A stretch of DNA of 64,000 bases, from the IMG/VR virus record IMGVR_UViG_3300034418_010679, positions 6,539 through 70,538 of that record; one strand, written 5' to 3'. The DNA is from a virus. A program made the position numbers and the translations under genes. Shown here piece by piece: positions 37,517 to 48,328 of this stretch. Numbering within the stretch: the first letter of the stretch is position 1; the number at the start of each line of letters is the position of its first letter. The notes under the pieces are model-generated. The model made no database searches and was not told the DNA's origin. It was given only the letters and a program-made list of their open reading frames with translations.

Positions 37517-39324
37517 TAGACTGCCTCTGCGGTAATGCTTGTACTAAATAGTTTTATCTCAAACACATAGTCTTCTGGGATGGTGATGAATCTGCCATCT
37601 GATGTTGTATTTCTGATAAAGTCATATTCAACGTCGGAAAACGAACCGCCAGTTAGTGAGTAGAACTCCATTTTTAGAATATCGGTGACTTGCTCTGTGT
37701 CGTTCAATATTCTTATGAGTTCGGAAACATTTATTGACTCACCGAAGTTATATTTTCTTCTGTTGAAGTAATCCTCAGTGACTTCAATGGCTGTTGAGAT
37801 GGCTTCAACATTGTTGTATGCTCTGTTGGATACAAATGAGAACCTTACACCGAAGTTGACTATTCTGCCATCTAGAATATCAACGGAGTCGGAAATGGTT
37901 TTGTACTGTGATAACCAAACTTTCAAGTTGTCTTTCACAGCTTGACTTGTAGTTGTGAGAGCCCCTGTGTCGTCCTCGGAGAGAACATAAAGGTTAATAG
38001 ACCTTCTTGGAGAAAAGTCGTCTCTTAGGGCAATTGCTCTCTTGATAGCCCCAAACTGTGCTGGCATTCTGTATGAGAAGTTCACATAGTCTGTTGGCGT
38101 AACAACTCTGCCTTGCGAGGACATGAGACCCATCACTGCTTCTCTAATCTCTTCGTCAGTTAGTGATAGACGGCTTCCTGCTATTTGCTCTTGGTTTTCA
38201 ACCTCTATAGAAGTCCTTACCTCTGCTTTAAGTGTTTCATCGGTAGCCGCTGTTGAAAAAACATAAATTGCATCGTCAACATTTGTTAGGGAGTATTGTG
38301 GTGCTGAAATAAGGTCTGCTGTGTTTACACGGTATGTAATAGTAAGCTGTGTGTTTGATGGTCCAATACCAAACTTATCAGTAGCCTTTAAAACAGTTGG
38401 GTCAAGAATTGTTGAAGAAACATAGTCCTTGCCTTGTTTCTGTAAAACAACGTTTGAAGGGTCATTGATGCTGTCGAGAGTTGAGTCGGAATCTTCTTTT
38501 CCGTTTCCAAATATTAAACTAAAATTTTCATCCTCAAACTTTGTGACAAACCTTCTTGAAGCTACAACAGGTTTCATAACATTTATTGTATTTGATGCTG
38601 TCGAGCCCTGGTTAGGAAAGGATTTATACACAATGTTTTGTGTAAGCGCATCAACTTGGTAGTATTCATTGCCTTCTATATCAAATACTGAAATAACCTC
38701 AATAACATTGTCTTCTTCTATTTCTGTTGAGTAAAACTTTGTGTTGTCAGACTGATCTTCAACGTCTACATCAATAGTGCGAATCACGCCAGAGGCAACC
38801 TGTGCATCAACCTTAGCGGCATATTTTGTGGGAATGCCCGTTGTGTTATTTACCTCAGAAACAACAAACTCTACGTCTGCTTCGGTAAAGTCAATATCTT
38901 CAACAAGGCTAAACACTGCGCCCTCACCAGAACTAAAAGTTGTTCCTCTTTTTAGAACTGGGAGGTAATCTCTGTTTGGACCGGAGTTGTCAGCGGCTGA
39001 TGGAATGTTCAAATATATGGTTACGACACCAGTTACATTTGGAGAAAGTGGGTCACTGTATCCCATTTGCCTTGCAAGGGCAATAATATTGTCACGGTTG
39101 ATAGCAGTTGAGAGGTTGTTCTCGTTCGATTGATAATCAAGCTGAAATGACATAACGTCGCCAAGATAAGCAACGGCATCTAAAATAAATGAGCCAAATG
39201 AAGCGTCTGTGAAATCGCTGTATTGATTAGGGTAAAACCTTTTTGCATAGGTTACCAGTTCGTCTTTGATGGCGTCAAAGTCTCTCGCCAAATAGTTTAT
39301 TTGTGGTTTGTTTGGATTTGCCAT
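37516..39324 (-). CDS. Baseplate wedge subunit, T4 gp6-like
   Basis: RDFDAIKDELV, DFTDASFGSFILDAVAYLGD, LSTA, ALARQMGY, LIFGNG and QGRVVTPTDY. Confidence 0.9.
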   Translation of the reverse strand: MANPNKPQINYLARDFDAIKDELVTYAKRFYPNQYSDFTDASFGSFILDAVAYLGDVMSFQLDYQSNENNLSTAINRDNIIALARQMGYSDPLSPNVTGVVTIYLNIPSAADNSGPNRDYLPVLKRGTTFSSGEGAVFSLVEDIDFTEADVEFVVSEVNNTTGIPTKYAAKVDAQVASGVIRTIDVDVEDQSDNTKFYSTEIEEDNVIEVISVFDIEGNEYYQVDALTQNIVYKSFPNQGSTASNTINVMKPVVASRRFVTKFEDENFSLIFGNGKEDSDSTLDSINDPSNVVLQKQGKDYVSSTILDPTVLKATDKFGIGPSNTQLTITYRVNTADLISAPQYSLTNVDDAIYVFSTAATDETLKAEVRTSIEVENQEQIAGSRLSLTDEEIREAVMGLMSSQGRVVTPTDYVNFSYRMPAQFGAIKRAIALRDDFSPRRSINLYVLSEDDTGALTTTSQAVKDNLKVWLSQYKTISDSVDILDGRIVNFGVRFSFVSNRAYNNVEAISTAIEVTEDYFNRRKYNFGESINVSELIRILNDTEQVTDILKMEFYSLTGGSFSDVEYDFIRNTTSDGRFITIPEDYVFEIKLFSTSITAEAV

Positions 39325-39701
39325 TATATACCTACCTCAATCAAGTCTTGTTCTTCTGTGTTTGTTGGTAAAATGACGTATTTTAAGAGTACCTGCAAAG
39401 TCTGCTCACTTATTGAAACGTCAAGTTCCGTGATAGCGATATAGGGAGCATATGTTGTTAGTTGCTCTTCTATCTCATCTCTAATAGAGACTTCTCCAAA
39501 CTCCTCGTCAACTGCGGGATCAAATAAAAATGCTCGAAAACCACAACCAAAGTCAATATCGGTCAACTTTTCGCCCTTCTCGGTTTGCAGTATCATTCTT
39601 ACATTCTGTTTGGCGTTTTCATTGAAAGTCTTTGTTAGGACATATGAACCTTGAAGTTCATCTGTTTTTAGCGGTATTGATGGTTGAAATCCTGCTGTCA
39701 T
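39324..39701 (-). CDS. Baseplate protein, T4 gp25-like
   Basis: QNVRMILQTEKGEKLTDIDFGCGFRAFLFD...YAPYI. Likely start MTAGF at 39701. Confidence 0.85.
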   Translation of the reverse strand: MTAGFQPSIPLKTDELQGSYVLTKTFNENAKQNVRMILQTEKGEKLTDIDFGCGFRAFLFDPAVDEEFGEVSIRDEIEEQLTTYAPYIAITELDVSISEQTLQVLLKYVILPTNTEEQDLIEVGI

Positions 39702-39702
39702 T

Positions 39703-41280
39703 TTATAATAACCTTGACAATTCTCCACAGTCCCTTAGCCAAGGGAAGTCTCCTGATAAATAGGCGCTGAGAGAAGAAAACAGTTCGTTTATTCCGTCGT
39801 CGATTCCCTTGAAGACACCGTTCTTTCTCATAATAGGGATTATTTGTTTCGCTATCTCAACATTTGGAATAACATTTATGGTGTTAAATAGGAAAACAGG
39901 AACAAACACCGACTTGATAACGGCATCAAAATCTTTTGTTTTTATCAGGTCAATAATGAGCAATTCTGCAACTGATGCATCGGTTGGGTATGCGCTGAGT
40001 TTGAAAACATCTTTCAAAACAATGTTATTGAACTCGGCACCTTCTTGTAGCACTTTCGTATATTCTGAGGCTTTGTATGGGTTTTCTGCACTAGCTAGCA
40101 CATAAGTTACATGTTCGTATGTCTGCGCTGCCTCCACTTCAACGGTTTTGAATTTCAAACCATCAGATGTGTTTTCAGTGACAACTTGGGTGCCTTTAAA
40201 AAGGTAAGGTTCCTTATAATAAAATGTTTTCTCAGGAAAAGTCTTGTCTAAAATGGGAGAGTTTGCATTAACAGGGGCTGGTTTTATGGCGTCAACCGAA
40301 CATCTTACGCCAAGGGAAATACCCTTAAAAATGGCGTCGAGTGTTTCTCTAAATTGCACAATACTGATACCTTTGAGAGCCTGCTCTGCATTGAGTTTTG
40401 GAAACATAATACCCTTCATATAATTATCAAAATCATCGATAGCACAAACAAATGTATTCAATGAAATAGAAAGAAGATTAGCCCCCAATGTTGGCTTTAA
40501 AAGCGGAGAGGTTTCACCTTCACTAAGAGTAAAAAACATTTTTACAATCTCATCTACTATAATTTTTATTTGTTCCTCGGTGATATCTAATTCTGAAATA
40601 CACTTTTCCATATCGGTCTTGCCTTTGGCGGTTACTCTGACGTATGGCTCAAAACAAAACCTTGGGTTTTTACTATATCCGGTGTCTGGAAAAACGCCAG
40701 TAGTAGAAGGTTGTGGGACTCCGACTTCGGGGTTTGTGATGCGGTAAAACTTTGTTTCTTTCTTGTTTTCACTCCATCCAGCCCATTTTTTAATTTGCCC
40801 ATCTTTATCGAGAAAGGTTAGCTTTGTTGTTTTCTCCATCTTGAAGAACTGGTCAACAACTTCATCAAGAAAGTTTCTTTTTGTTATATCTTTATCGAAG
40901 TTGTTTAGTTCTGCAACTTTTGACTGTGGATTGTAGAGTCTCGCACTTAGTTTCTCAATGGCACGAAACACAGTTCTTTTTATTGCCACATCAGACAAAA
41001 GTCTTATTTCTGTTTCTGTTAGTTCATCGAAACGAATATCGGGGAATGTTTCTGAGACTAGGGCTTGTGAAATATCTCCTAGTTCGCCTCGGTCTACAAG
41101 AGTTTGTTTCACATATTGGAAAAACAAGTCCACTATCAACTCGTCTGTTGGCGAGATAATCTGGTAGTTGCTCATGTAAACAGGAGGTAGGATGGAAAAG
41201 AATATTTCCATTACGATGTTTTTTACTTTTATGTCTGCACCATAGCCGAATAGGGCAGATGCTAGGGCTTTACTACTCAC
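39703..41280 (-). CDS. Hypothetical (probable virion) protein
   Basis: Long ORF. Probable GTG start at 41280 overlapping the upstream stop. Confidence 0.6.
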   Translation of the reverse strand: MSSKALASALFGYGADIKVKNIVMEIFFSILPPVYMSNYQIISPTDELIVDLFFQYVKQTLVDRGELGDISQALVSETFPDIRFDELTETEIRLLSDVAIKRTVFRAIEKLSARLYNPQSKVAELNNFDKDITKRNFLDEVVDQFFKMEKTTKLTFLDKDGQIKKWAGWSENKKETKFYRITNPEVGVPQPSTTGVFPDTGYSKNPRFCFEPYVRVTAKGKTDMEKCISELDITEEQIKIIVDEIVKMFFTLSEGETSPLLKPTLGANLLSISLNTFVCAIDDFDNYMKGIMFPKLNAEQALKGISIVQFRETLDAIFKGISLGVRCSVDAIKPAPVNANSPILDKTFPEKTFYYKEPYLFKGTQVVTENTSDGLKFKTVEVEAAQTYEHVTYVLASAENPYKASEYTKVLQEGAEFNNIVLKDVFKLSAYPTDASVAELLIIDLIKTKDFDAVIKSVFVPVFLFNTINVIPNVEIAKQIIPIMRKNGVFKGIDDGINELFSSLSAYLSGDFPWLRDCGELSRLL

Positions 41281-44200
41281 CTGTAACCTCCTTGATAGCA
41301 CCCAAAATGTGTTTTTGTTGCGTTTTTGTTAGTTTGGAACTTCCTAGCCAATCGCCAGCAAAATAGACACCATTAGCCTCAGAAGTTGAGTTCATTAGTC
41401 TTTGCGTCTCGTAAAACGCCTCGGGGGCTTCCACGACATTACCGATAAAGTTTGATATCTTCTTGGGCTCGTTTAGTTCTCCATCGGTAAGGTTTTTGTA
41501 GAAGTCTTTTAGACTTGCTTCAACCTTATTGATGAGTTTTTCCACCTCTGCTGGAACTGTGTCCTCAAAGAAAACATCGCTGAGAATATTGTCAGAACGC
41601 AAAAAGAACAAAACAGATGGTGGCTTGGGGTTTGTTTTTAGTTTCTTGATTATCTCCAAAATCTCTTTTGGTGATGGGTTCTCTGGTAGTTTTATTTTCT
41701 GGGCTTCAAGATATGGCTTGAAGAAGAAGTTGGAAACTTGTTCGTATGGCTTGCCAAGTTCTTCTTTGACCCTTGTATCAAGAACAAGTTGTGTGTCGCT
41801 ATAAATACTATTTGCCACAGAAGACAACTGTGTTTTTTGATCTTGCGATAAGTTTGGATAGAAGCTCGTGTTTTTAATTGAATTCTCAATAACAGATAGG
41901 AACACTTGGTTTTGTGGGTTCTCCGCGTTCTGTATTTTAACAAGCTCTCCATTTTCACTCACAAACTTCTCATAGTCGTATTCATTATTTACCGTTAGTG
42001 GTTCGGAGAGTTTTGGCAAGTCTCTGTTTAGTGCGTTTACCCCTTCATCAAGTTCAACTCGGAAATCCCTAAGACCTATGTTTAAGTCGAGAAGAGTTGT
42101 TTCGCCGTTTGTATACTCATAACGAATACCTTCATTACTGCGTGTTATTTTTAGAACATATTCTTTATCAACAAGAGTCACATTTCCATTTGTGTCTTCT
42201 TGGGCATTTGGATAGTTCTCTAAAACAAAACTTTGGTATTTTGCAGGAAACCTTCTTGGGTCTGGCTCAAATGGTAACAACGCGAGAAGGTTCTCAGCCC
42301 AAGCGTAAAAATAGTTTGAGTTGTTTAGTTCACGAGATGCATCAAGAAGCGCAAATTCGGTTGTATTTATACCACCTACATCAAACAAAGCTTCCAACAT
42401 TTGTGATTTGAACGGAGCAACAAGCGGGTTAATAATAACAAGTATCTCTATCAAGTCTTGCAAAAACTCTCTCTCAAAAGAATCATTTCTGAGCAGCTTT
42501 ACTGTATTATTTTCATACTGAATGCCAAGAGCATTGCTGAATACTTGTGGTCTTAGGTTGAATTTTTTGCGATAATTTCTGTTCTCGGCATCACCGTTGT
42601 TTTTTCGGACTTGACTCAACCAATAGTTATTGTATAGAACTCCATAAGCCAAAGAAAGGTCTGCGGTGACAACATCTTCAAGGTCGGGTTTATCATCGAG
42701 AGAGCCAACAAAAAGCCTTCTGAGAGAACGGTAGTCGAAGTATGGCTTGATACGCAACTGTGTGACCAACTGTGTGACAGTTCCTGATAAAGCAAAGTTG
42801 GTGAAACCAGCCAAGAGTGTTGGCGCTGTGTTTATCTCTTTGATGAGACCAATTGTGCCATTTAGAAGCTCACAGAAACCGCTAACCCTTTCTTCCAACT
42901 CCTTTCTCGCCTCTTGTATTTGCTGCTCGGCTTGCTCGTCTGTTAGACCAGACCTCTCGGCTAAACGAAGCAGAGCGTCTTTGAGGGCGTCAACCGTTTC
43001 GGAGCCGTCAACGATAACTGGTGGACACTCTTCTGTGCCAGTAATCTGTCTAAATAGAGTTGCTGCGATAAGTGCATCATATTCGTAACTATCGTTTATG
43101 ATACTAAGCACTGTGCGAAACTCTTCATCAGAAAAGGTTGCAGGATAGAAAACATTATCTGCTATTAATTTGCCTCTTGCAAAAATAAACTGTGGTGCGT
43201 CACCTCCCAACAAAGCCTTAAAGTGGGCTATTGGCATGTCGGTTGCCAACTGACTTATGAAGTCTGTCAGCAAATCTGCTGTAATAAAGCCAAAAGATGG
43301 TATTTTTTGAATAGTGTTTGTGGCTGTGGCAGCGTTTGAACCCGTTAAACCAGCGGCAGCAAGAGAGCCAGCTTGGTTGGACAAGGTTTGGTTTAGGCTT
43401 GATGAAGACTGATCAATGTCAGATTGGTCACAGTCAGAGAAGTCCGCGCCGCAGTCAATATCAAGTAGGCTCAAAATACTCTGAACAAATGCAACAATAA
43501 GGTCTTTTATTATCTTCACTAGCAAAGAAATCAAAAAGCCTCTTAGGCACTTGAACCAATCAAGAGATGGAACTTTTGGTATTTCTCTGGCAAACAAAAG
43601 TTTTGCGAGGGGGAAGTTGGGGTTTTCTTTTGCTTCCTTCTCCAAGAACTCTGGGAAGTTTGTAACAGTGTCAATGGCTTTTAGGGTGTTTTGGTAAGCG
43701 CCCATTGTGTCAAAGTTAGCCAAACAAGCCAACTCTCCACCACCTAACTTAGAAAGTTCGCATTTGAACCTGTCTACTGTTTTTACAACAAACAATGCCC
43801 AGTTGCCCTTGTGAAGAACCGTAGTGTAAAGGTCGTCTATTGTTTGAGCGCTCTTGACGGCAAACTCAACACAGCCGGTGCCGCCAAAGGCTTGTTCAAT
43901 AAGTTCGTTTCTCCTGTTGTTCAACTCTCTAAGAATGGCAGACTTCTCTTCGTCTGTTAGTTCAGCCGTGAGAATATCTTTACCTCTTGATAGTTTTTGT
44001 GAGAAAGGCTTTTCTTTGTAGTATATCGAGTATCGATACAGTCTATCAAAAAATGTTTTGTATGTTCCTGCACCATTTACTTCTCGATAGCTGTCGTCAT
44101 CAGTGGCAAGTATGAATGATAACTCTGGTGCTGAAAGTTGTGCTGTAAGGTCGTTTTGCCCCTTGATGTAGGTATTTATTTGCAAAGTTCTGTAATCAAA

Positions 44201-45985
44201 GTTATCTATAAGAACCTTATCTCCCGCTGGAGATGCATTTAGCCAAGTAAACTGTTCCAATAGACTGCCCCATTGTGGGACGTATTCTACAAGAATATTG
44301 TTTGCCTTTTTTCCCTTCTTTTTTTCTCTTACCACACCAACTGTGTATGGACCGTCAAGCTTATCAAAGTTTGTAATATCTTTCAGTTGCCCATTTACTA
44401 AAACAGACTTTTTTATCTTCTTTAGGCTCGATATACCTTCGATATAAAGTTGCCCTTTCATTAAAGCATCGCGAGCGATGGTAGCCAAACCATACACAAG
44501 AGCATATTGTAGTTTTTTATCGGGAAAAGCAGCACGATAAATGTATTCTATATCAGTTGTCTTACTGGTTATCGCGGGGTCATCATTACCCTCTCTTGTA
44601 TTAAGAAGTAGAATAACGTCTTTCAATATACTGTCAAAGTCGTCTATGCTTTGCAGGGTTTTGCGAATCTGTTTTGCGATCTCATCTTCTATTAGAACAA
44701 CCTTACCGTTTTCTAAAAATATTTCGTCCACGTTGTTTGTAAGTGTATTATTCAAAGTAAGCGTAAGCAGTGCTCGTGGTGTAAGAACGGTTCTATCAAG
44801 ATGAATACTGGAAATATATTTTGGAACTCTTGCCTGGGTGTGGAGATTTATTGTAAATGCCGCGTTAGAAAGTGCATCTAATGCTGTTGCGGTTATCTCT
44901 CCATATACAGCAGAAGACTTTACAAATGTAGGAATATTTTTTATGTTCTCGACTTGTTTGTCAACGGTTTTTTGCAGAGTAGAATCGTCTTCACTCACCC
45001 CAGCATAAATGGCTTTATCGTTACCGTCTGTCATTGCCGTTTCAAGCTTTGTTGCCATACGAGTCAAGTTTTGTAACCTTGCCTCAAATTCATCAGCGCC
45101 TATTTCTTTTGTTTGTTTATTATTTGCATCGAGCCTGATAATATCATTTAGTAGACTGTGAGCCTTATCTATTCCAAATGGTGTGCCTGTTTGGCTTTGC
45201 AACAAATCTTTTGTGTTAATTGGCTCAACCACTGGGTTTACTTTTGATGAAACAGCGAGTTTCAGTGGAATCTTATAAGTAAAAAAGCCCCAGCGTTGAG
45301 TGGTTGGAATCTTTGGGTTATAATCTATTATTAGTTTATCGGGTTGTGCCAACATTTCTAAGAAAAATTCTTTTGATAAGCCAAAGGATTCCACACAGCC
45401 GTCTGCTATTACAGACCTGAAAGTTTCATAAGATAGGGTCTCTGTTGCAAGCTCTTTGTAGCTAATACCAAGTTCATTACTTACTTGATAAATGTTTTTA
45501 TAAGTTCCAGTTTGTAGTTTCTCAAACTGTTCTTCATTTGGTCCTGCTGCAAGGGCGGCGGCGGCTCTTGCCTCTGGCTCAAAAAGTATTCCTGCATACT
45601 CTATCTGTGAATTGGGGTTTGGGACATTGCCTTCGTTTGCTTCACCAACCAATGGCAAGTAGAAGAAAGGCTGAACAATGTCGATTGTTTTGTCTGCCGA
45701 GTTCCAGTAACAAGCAGGGGTCTTTGAAAACATATTTGCGTTTGGAAGCGTTTTTGTCATTTCTTTAAAAATAGAAATAGCGACCATAGGATTGGTGCCA
45801 GCTAAAAAAGAACCGACATTGGCACCAAACTTTTCAACAACCTTTGTTTCGTTTAGGCGTTGAAATATTTCCTCAATAGAGAGGGTTGTAAAACCACCTT
45901 GTAGTAATTCAAAAACAATATTTTGTCCGGTCTCATCAAAACTGTTTACTGCTGATATGTCTTGTTTAAATGGCTGTAACTTCAT
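41273..45985 (-). CDS. Large hypothetical (probable virion) protein
   Basis: 1570-aa mostly helical ORF in the baseplate cluster. No motif recognised. Confidence 0.6.
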   Translation of the reverse strand: MKLQPFKQDISAVNSFDETGQNIVFELLQGGFTTLSIEEIFQRLNETKVVEKFGANVGSFLAGTNPMVAISIFKEMTKTLPNANMFSKTPACYWNSADKTIDIVQPFFYLPLVGEANEGNVPNPNSQIEYAGILFEPEARAAAALAAGPNEEQFEKLQTGTYKNIYQVSNELGISYKELATETLSYETFRSVIADGCVESFGLSKEFFLEMLAQPDKLIIDYNPKIPTTQRWGFFTYKIPLKLAVSSKVNPVVEPINTKDLLQSQTGTPFGIDKAHSLLNDIIRLDANNKQTKEIGADEFEARLQNLTRMATKLETAMTDGNDKAIYAGVSEDDSTLQKTVDKQVENIKNIPTFVKSSAVYGEITATALDALSNAAFTINLHTQARVPKYISSIHLDRTVLTPRALLTLTLNNTLTNNVDEIFLENGKVVLIEDEIAKQIRKTLQSIDDFDSILKDVILLLNTREGNDDPAITSKTTDIEYIYRAAFPDKKLQYALVYGLATIARDALMKGQLYIEGISSLKKIKKSVLVNGQLKDITNFDKLDGPYTVGVVREKKKGKKANNILVEYVPQWGSLLEQFTWLNASPAGDKVLIDNFDYRTLQINTYIKGQNDLTAQLSAPELSFILATDDDSYREVNGAGTYKTFFDRLYRYSIYYKEKPFSQKLSRGKDILTAELTDEEKSAILRELNNRRNELIEQAFGGTGCVEFAVKSAQTIDDLYTTVLHKGNWALFVVKTVDRFKCELSKLGGGELACLANFDTMGAYQNTLKAIDTVTNFPEFLEKEAKENPNFPLAKLLFAREIPKVPSLDWFKCLRGFLISLLVKIIKDLIVAFVQSILSLLDIDCGADFSDCDQSDIDQSSSSLNQTLSNQAGSLAAAGLTGSNAATATNTIQKIPSFGFITADLLTDFISQLATDMPIAHFKALLGGDAPQFIFARGKLIADNVFYPATFSDEEFRTVLSIINDSYEYDALIAATLFRQITGTEECPPVIVDGSETVDALKDALLRLAERSGLTDEQAEQQIQEARKELEERVSGFCELLNGTIGLIKEINTAPTLLAGFTNFALSGTVTQLVTQLRIKPYFDYRSLRRLFVGSLDDKPDLEDVVTADLSLAYGVLYNNYWLSQVRKNNGDAENRNYRKKFNLRPQVFSNALGIQYENNTVKLLRNDSFEREFLQDLIEILVIINPLVAPFKSQMLEALFDVGGINTTEFALLDASRELNNSNYFYAWAENLLALLPFEPDPRRFPAKYQSFVLENYPNAQEDTNGNVTLVDKEYVLKITRSNEGIRYEYTNGETTLLDLNIGLRDFRVELDEGVNALNRDLPKLSEPLTVNNEYDYEKFVSENGELVKIQNAENPQNQVFLSVIENSIKNTSFYPNLSQDQKTQLSSVANSIYSDTQLVLDTRVKEELGKPYEQVSNFFFKPYLEAQKIKLPENPSPKEILEIIKKLKTNPKPPSVLFFLRSDNILSDVFFEDTVPAEVEKLINKVEASLKDFYKNLTDGELNEPKKISNFIGNVVEAPEAFYETQRLMNSTSEANGVYFAGDWLGSSKLTKTQQKHILGAIKEVTGE

Positions 45986-45986
45986 T

Positions 45987-46928
45987 TTATGTCGTCTTAT
46001 TGTGTGGGCTGCAAATATATCTACGTGCGCCGGGAGTTAGATAATTAGTTTTGAACTCAGCGTGCTGAAACTGTCTGAGGTTTGTTTCTACCGCTTGCAT
46101 TGCATTGTCAACTGTTGTTAACAAGCCTTGTATAAATGAGTTTGGGTCAATGGGTGGTGTTGTTGGACCAACCGCCGAGCCGTGGAAGTGTCCTATGAAC
46201 TGTGCCTGTTGTTGGACAATTATTTTTGTAATAACTGATATTTGTGTATCGAGGGTGGCAACATGTTCTAGCAACGCCGTCATCGCGTCCACGAGGTTTT
46301 GCCCTTTTACCATTGGCTGTAAGTCTGTGTTGCCCTTTGTAGAATTTGCTGCTGCAATGAGTTCAATGCCGTATTCGCCACCTATCTGTCTATTCTTGCT
46401 GTTATATCTATCAGGCATTGTAACCAACTTGATAGACTCTCTACTGATGAGGCGAATACCATCTGCTTTCATGCCGATTGCAGATTTATTTTTTGATGCT
46501 CCATCAATCGAACCCTTCTTTCTTAGAAGGTCACTAATATAAAAGTTATCGTCAATATCAGTCTTTTGTGAAACATAGATACGAGCGGAATCTAGTTTAA
46601 AGTTTGGAGTTGTCAAGCCTGGAGTTCCAGTTTGTTCTCCAGCTAGCTTCTCTTTTATGTATTCCTTGCCAACATCGCCGCCTCTGCCCACAACCAAGTC
46701 AAGGGTCGCTGCGTTTGTTTCACCAGCATGACCGGCTCGACCAGCACCAGGGTTATCTTTGCCAAACACAATGTATGCGTCACCATTTCTAAGAACTTTT
46801 TCACCAAGTAGTTGATTATATTCAAAAATATATTCTCCCGGCATTGATGAGCCTTGGACTACTTTTTCATAGCCATTGGGGAGGTTTGTAATATCGACTC
46901 TACTGTCTACTGCTTTTTCTTTACTCAT
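45987..46928 (-). CDS. Baseplate central spike-like protein (gp5 C-terminal analogue)
   Basis: Beta-rich ARIYVSQKTDID...SAIGMKADGIRLISRESIKLVT. HxH metal-tip motif HFHG followed by GPTTPP. Confidence 0.65.
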   Translation of the reverse strand: MSKEKAVDSRVDITNLPNGYEKVVQGSSMPGEYIFEYNQLLGEKVLRNGDAYIVFGKDNPGAGRAGHAGETNAATLDLVVGRGGDVGKEYIKEKLAGEQTGTPGLTTPNFKLDSARIYVSQKTDIDDNFYISDLLRKKGSIDGASKNKSAIGMKADGIRLISRESIKLVTMPDRYNSKNRQIGGEYGIELIAAANSTKGNTDLQPMVKGQNLVDAMTALLEHVATLDTQISVITKIIVQQQAQFIGHFHGSAVGPTTPPIDPNSFIQGLLTTVDNAMQAVETNLRQFQHAEFKTNYLTPGARRYICSPHNKTT

Positions 46929-48328
46929 TTTCTTAGTATTGGTGTTGGATTTTGTTTTGTTGTCTGTGCAGCCGCTGTCATTTTCAATGTTGCGTTATAA
47001 GCGTCTTGTGGACTTGAACCCAGGGCTCGTATATGACAATAGCAAACCTCAAACCTGCCATCTGAGTGTTGTTTCTTTCTTTCTTCTTTTGTCTGTTTGT
47101 CAATTGGTTTGTTTACTTGTCGTGCAGAGCCGTGAGCTACAATGCCGTTTTTTTTCTTATCGACGCCGAACGGCAGAACTCCGAAAAGAAATTTTTTGCC
47201 ATCTTTTGTAGATTCCATTGCTGTAATCGGTATTTTCTCACCAGTTGGAAGTTTCACAAGTTTTTGTAGTTTTAGCAAAAGTTGATATAGGGCTTCCATC
47301 TGGGCTAGAGAGCCGGGTTTATACTTTTTTGAGGGAGGTCCGAATGAGCTTCCATTCAAAACCTCGATACTAATACACTGCCCATTCAAGGCACCCTGTG
47401 CAATAGACCTCTTTTCCAATGGAGTGTGTTGGCTTACACTCCCATCTCTATCAACTATAAAATGAGTATTAAGTCCATTACCTTTATTTTTTTTGTTTAG
47501 AATTCTAATGGTGCCCTTTTTATCAGCGCCAGAAGCAGAAATATGGATGACAAAACATGTAGTCTTTTTTCTTGTGCGAAGTGAGGCTTTGTTTCTAACA
47601 AACACGTCCTCATATGGGACACCGGGAACTTGACTTTTAAGAACTTGGTAATTTTGAACATCGTCGCAAGGCTGTTTAGCCACACCAACCTTTTCTTTAA
47701 CAGTCTCAACTACTTTTTCAGCGGCTTTTTTCAATACCTCTGGAATAGTGCCTTCTTTTGTCGGTGGGGTCGGGGTGTTGCCAGATGGAGCAGGCGTCTT
47801 TGGAACAGCGCTGGGTTTGTTACAGTATTTGTCACGGTTGCTTGTGTCTGAGTTGGCTCTGGCGTCAGTTGTTTGGGCTGTTACATCACGAACAAACTTG
47901 CCTGTAGAATACACCCCGTCTGTAAAAGACACTTCGATAATACTATTTGCAGTAATATTCGCAGCCTCTCCGGTTAAAGAAACTTTTGTCAAGTATTGTC
48001 TAAAATTTTCTGGCGTTATACTTTTCGCAAGAAGGTCGTGAATAACATCAATGTAAACATATGCGGTCGCAGCTTTGGGCGACGTATCTGGAGAGAAAAG
48101 GTCTAAAAATGGAAATAAAGACTCAGTGTCGTTATCAATCTGATCCACAAAATAGACAATACCTGTAAGGCTTGTGTAATCGGGAACTGTAACTAACTTG
48201 TTTAGTTGGTCTCCAATAGACAAGCTGTCGTCTGTGTCTGTGACAAAGAAGGGTTGTCTTGGAAGCACCGTTTCTTTGTTCAGGGAGCCGCGCTTTATGT
48301 CGAGGAGATTTATTGTATTTTCAGCCAT
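46925..48328 (-). CDS. Baseplate-associated N-acetylmuramoyl-L-alanine amidase (Amidase_2)
   Basis: FVIHIS, THFIVDRDGSVSQ, ISIEVLN, QMEALYQLL, IVAH and a downstream D, after a Pro/Thr linker. Confidence 0.8.
   Translation of the reverse strand: MAENTINLLDIKRGSLNKETVLPRQPFFVTDTDDSLSIGDQLNKLVTVPDYTSLTGIVYFVDQIDNDTESLFPFLDLFSPDTSPKAATAYVYIDVIHDLLAKSITPENFRQYLTKVSLTGEAANITANSIIEVSFTDGVYSTGKFVRDVTAQTTDARANSDTSNRDKYCNKPSAVPKTPAPSGNTPTPPTKEGTIPEVLKKAAEKVVETVKEKVGVAKQPCDDVQNYQVLKSQVPGVPYEDVFVRNKASLRTRKKTTCFVIHISASGADKKGTIRILNKKNKGNGLNTHFIVDRDGSVSQHTPLEKRSIAQGALNGQCISIEVLNGSSFGPPSKKYKPGSLAQMEALYQLLLKLQKLVKLPTGEKIPITAMESTKDGKKFLFGVLPFGVDKKKNGIVAHGSARQVNKPIDKQTKEERKKQHSDGRFEVCYCHIRALGSSPQDAYNATLKMTAAAQTTKQNPTPILRK

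Noticed and set aside
41273-45985. Tape-measure protein assignment
   Set aside because: Lacks the periodic Ala/Gly-rich repeats, and no sheath or tube genes are adjacent in this window.
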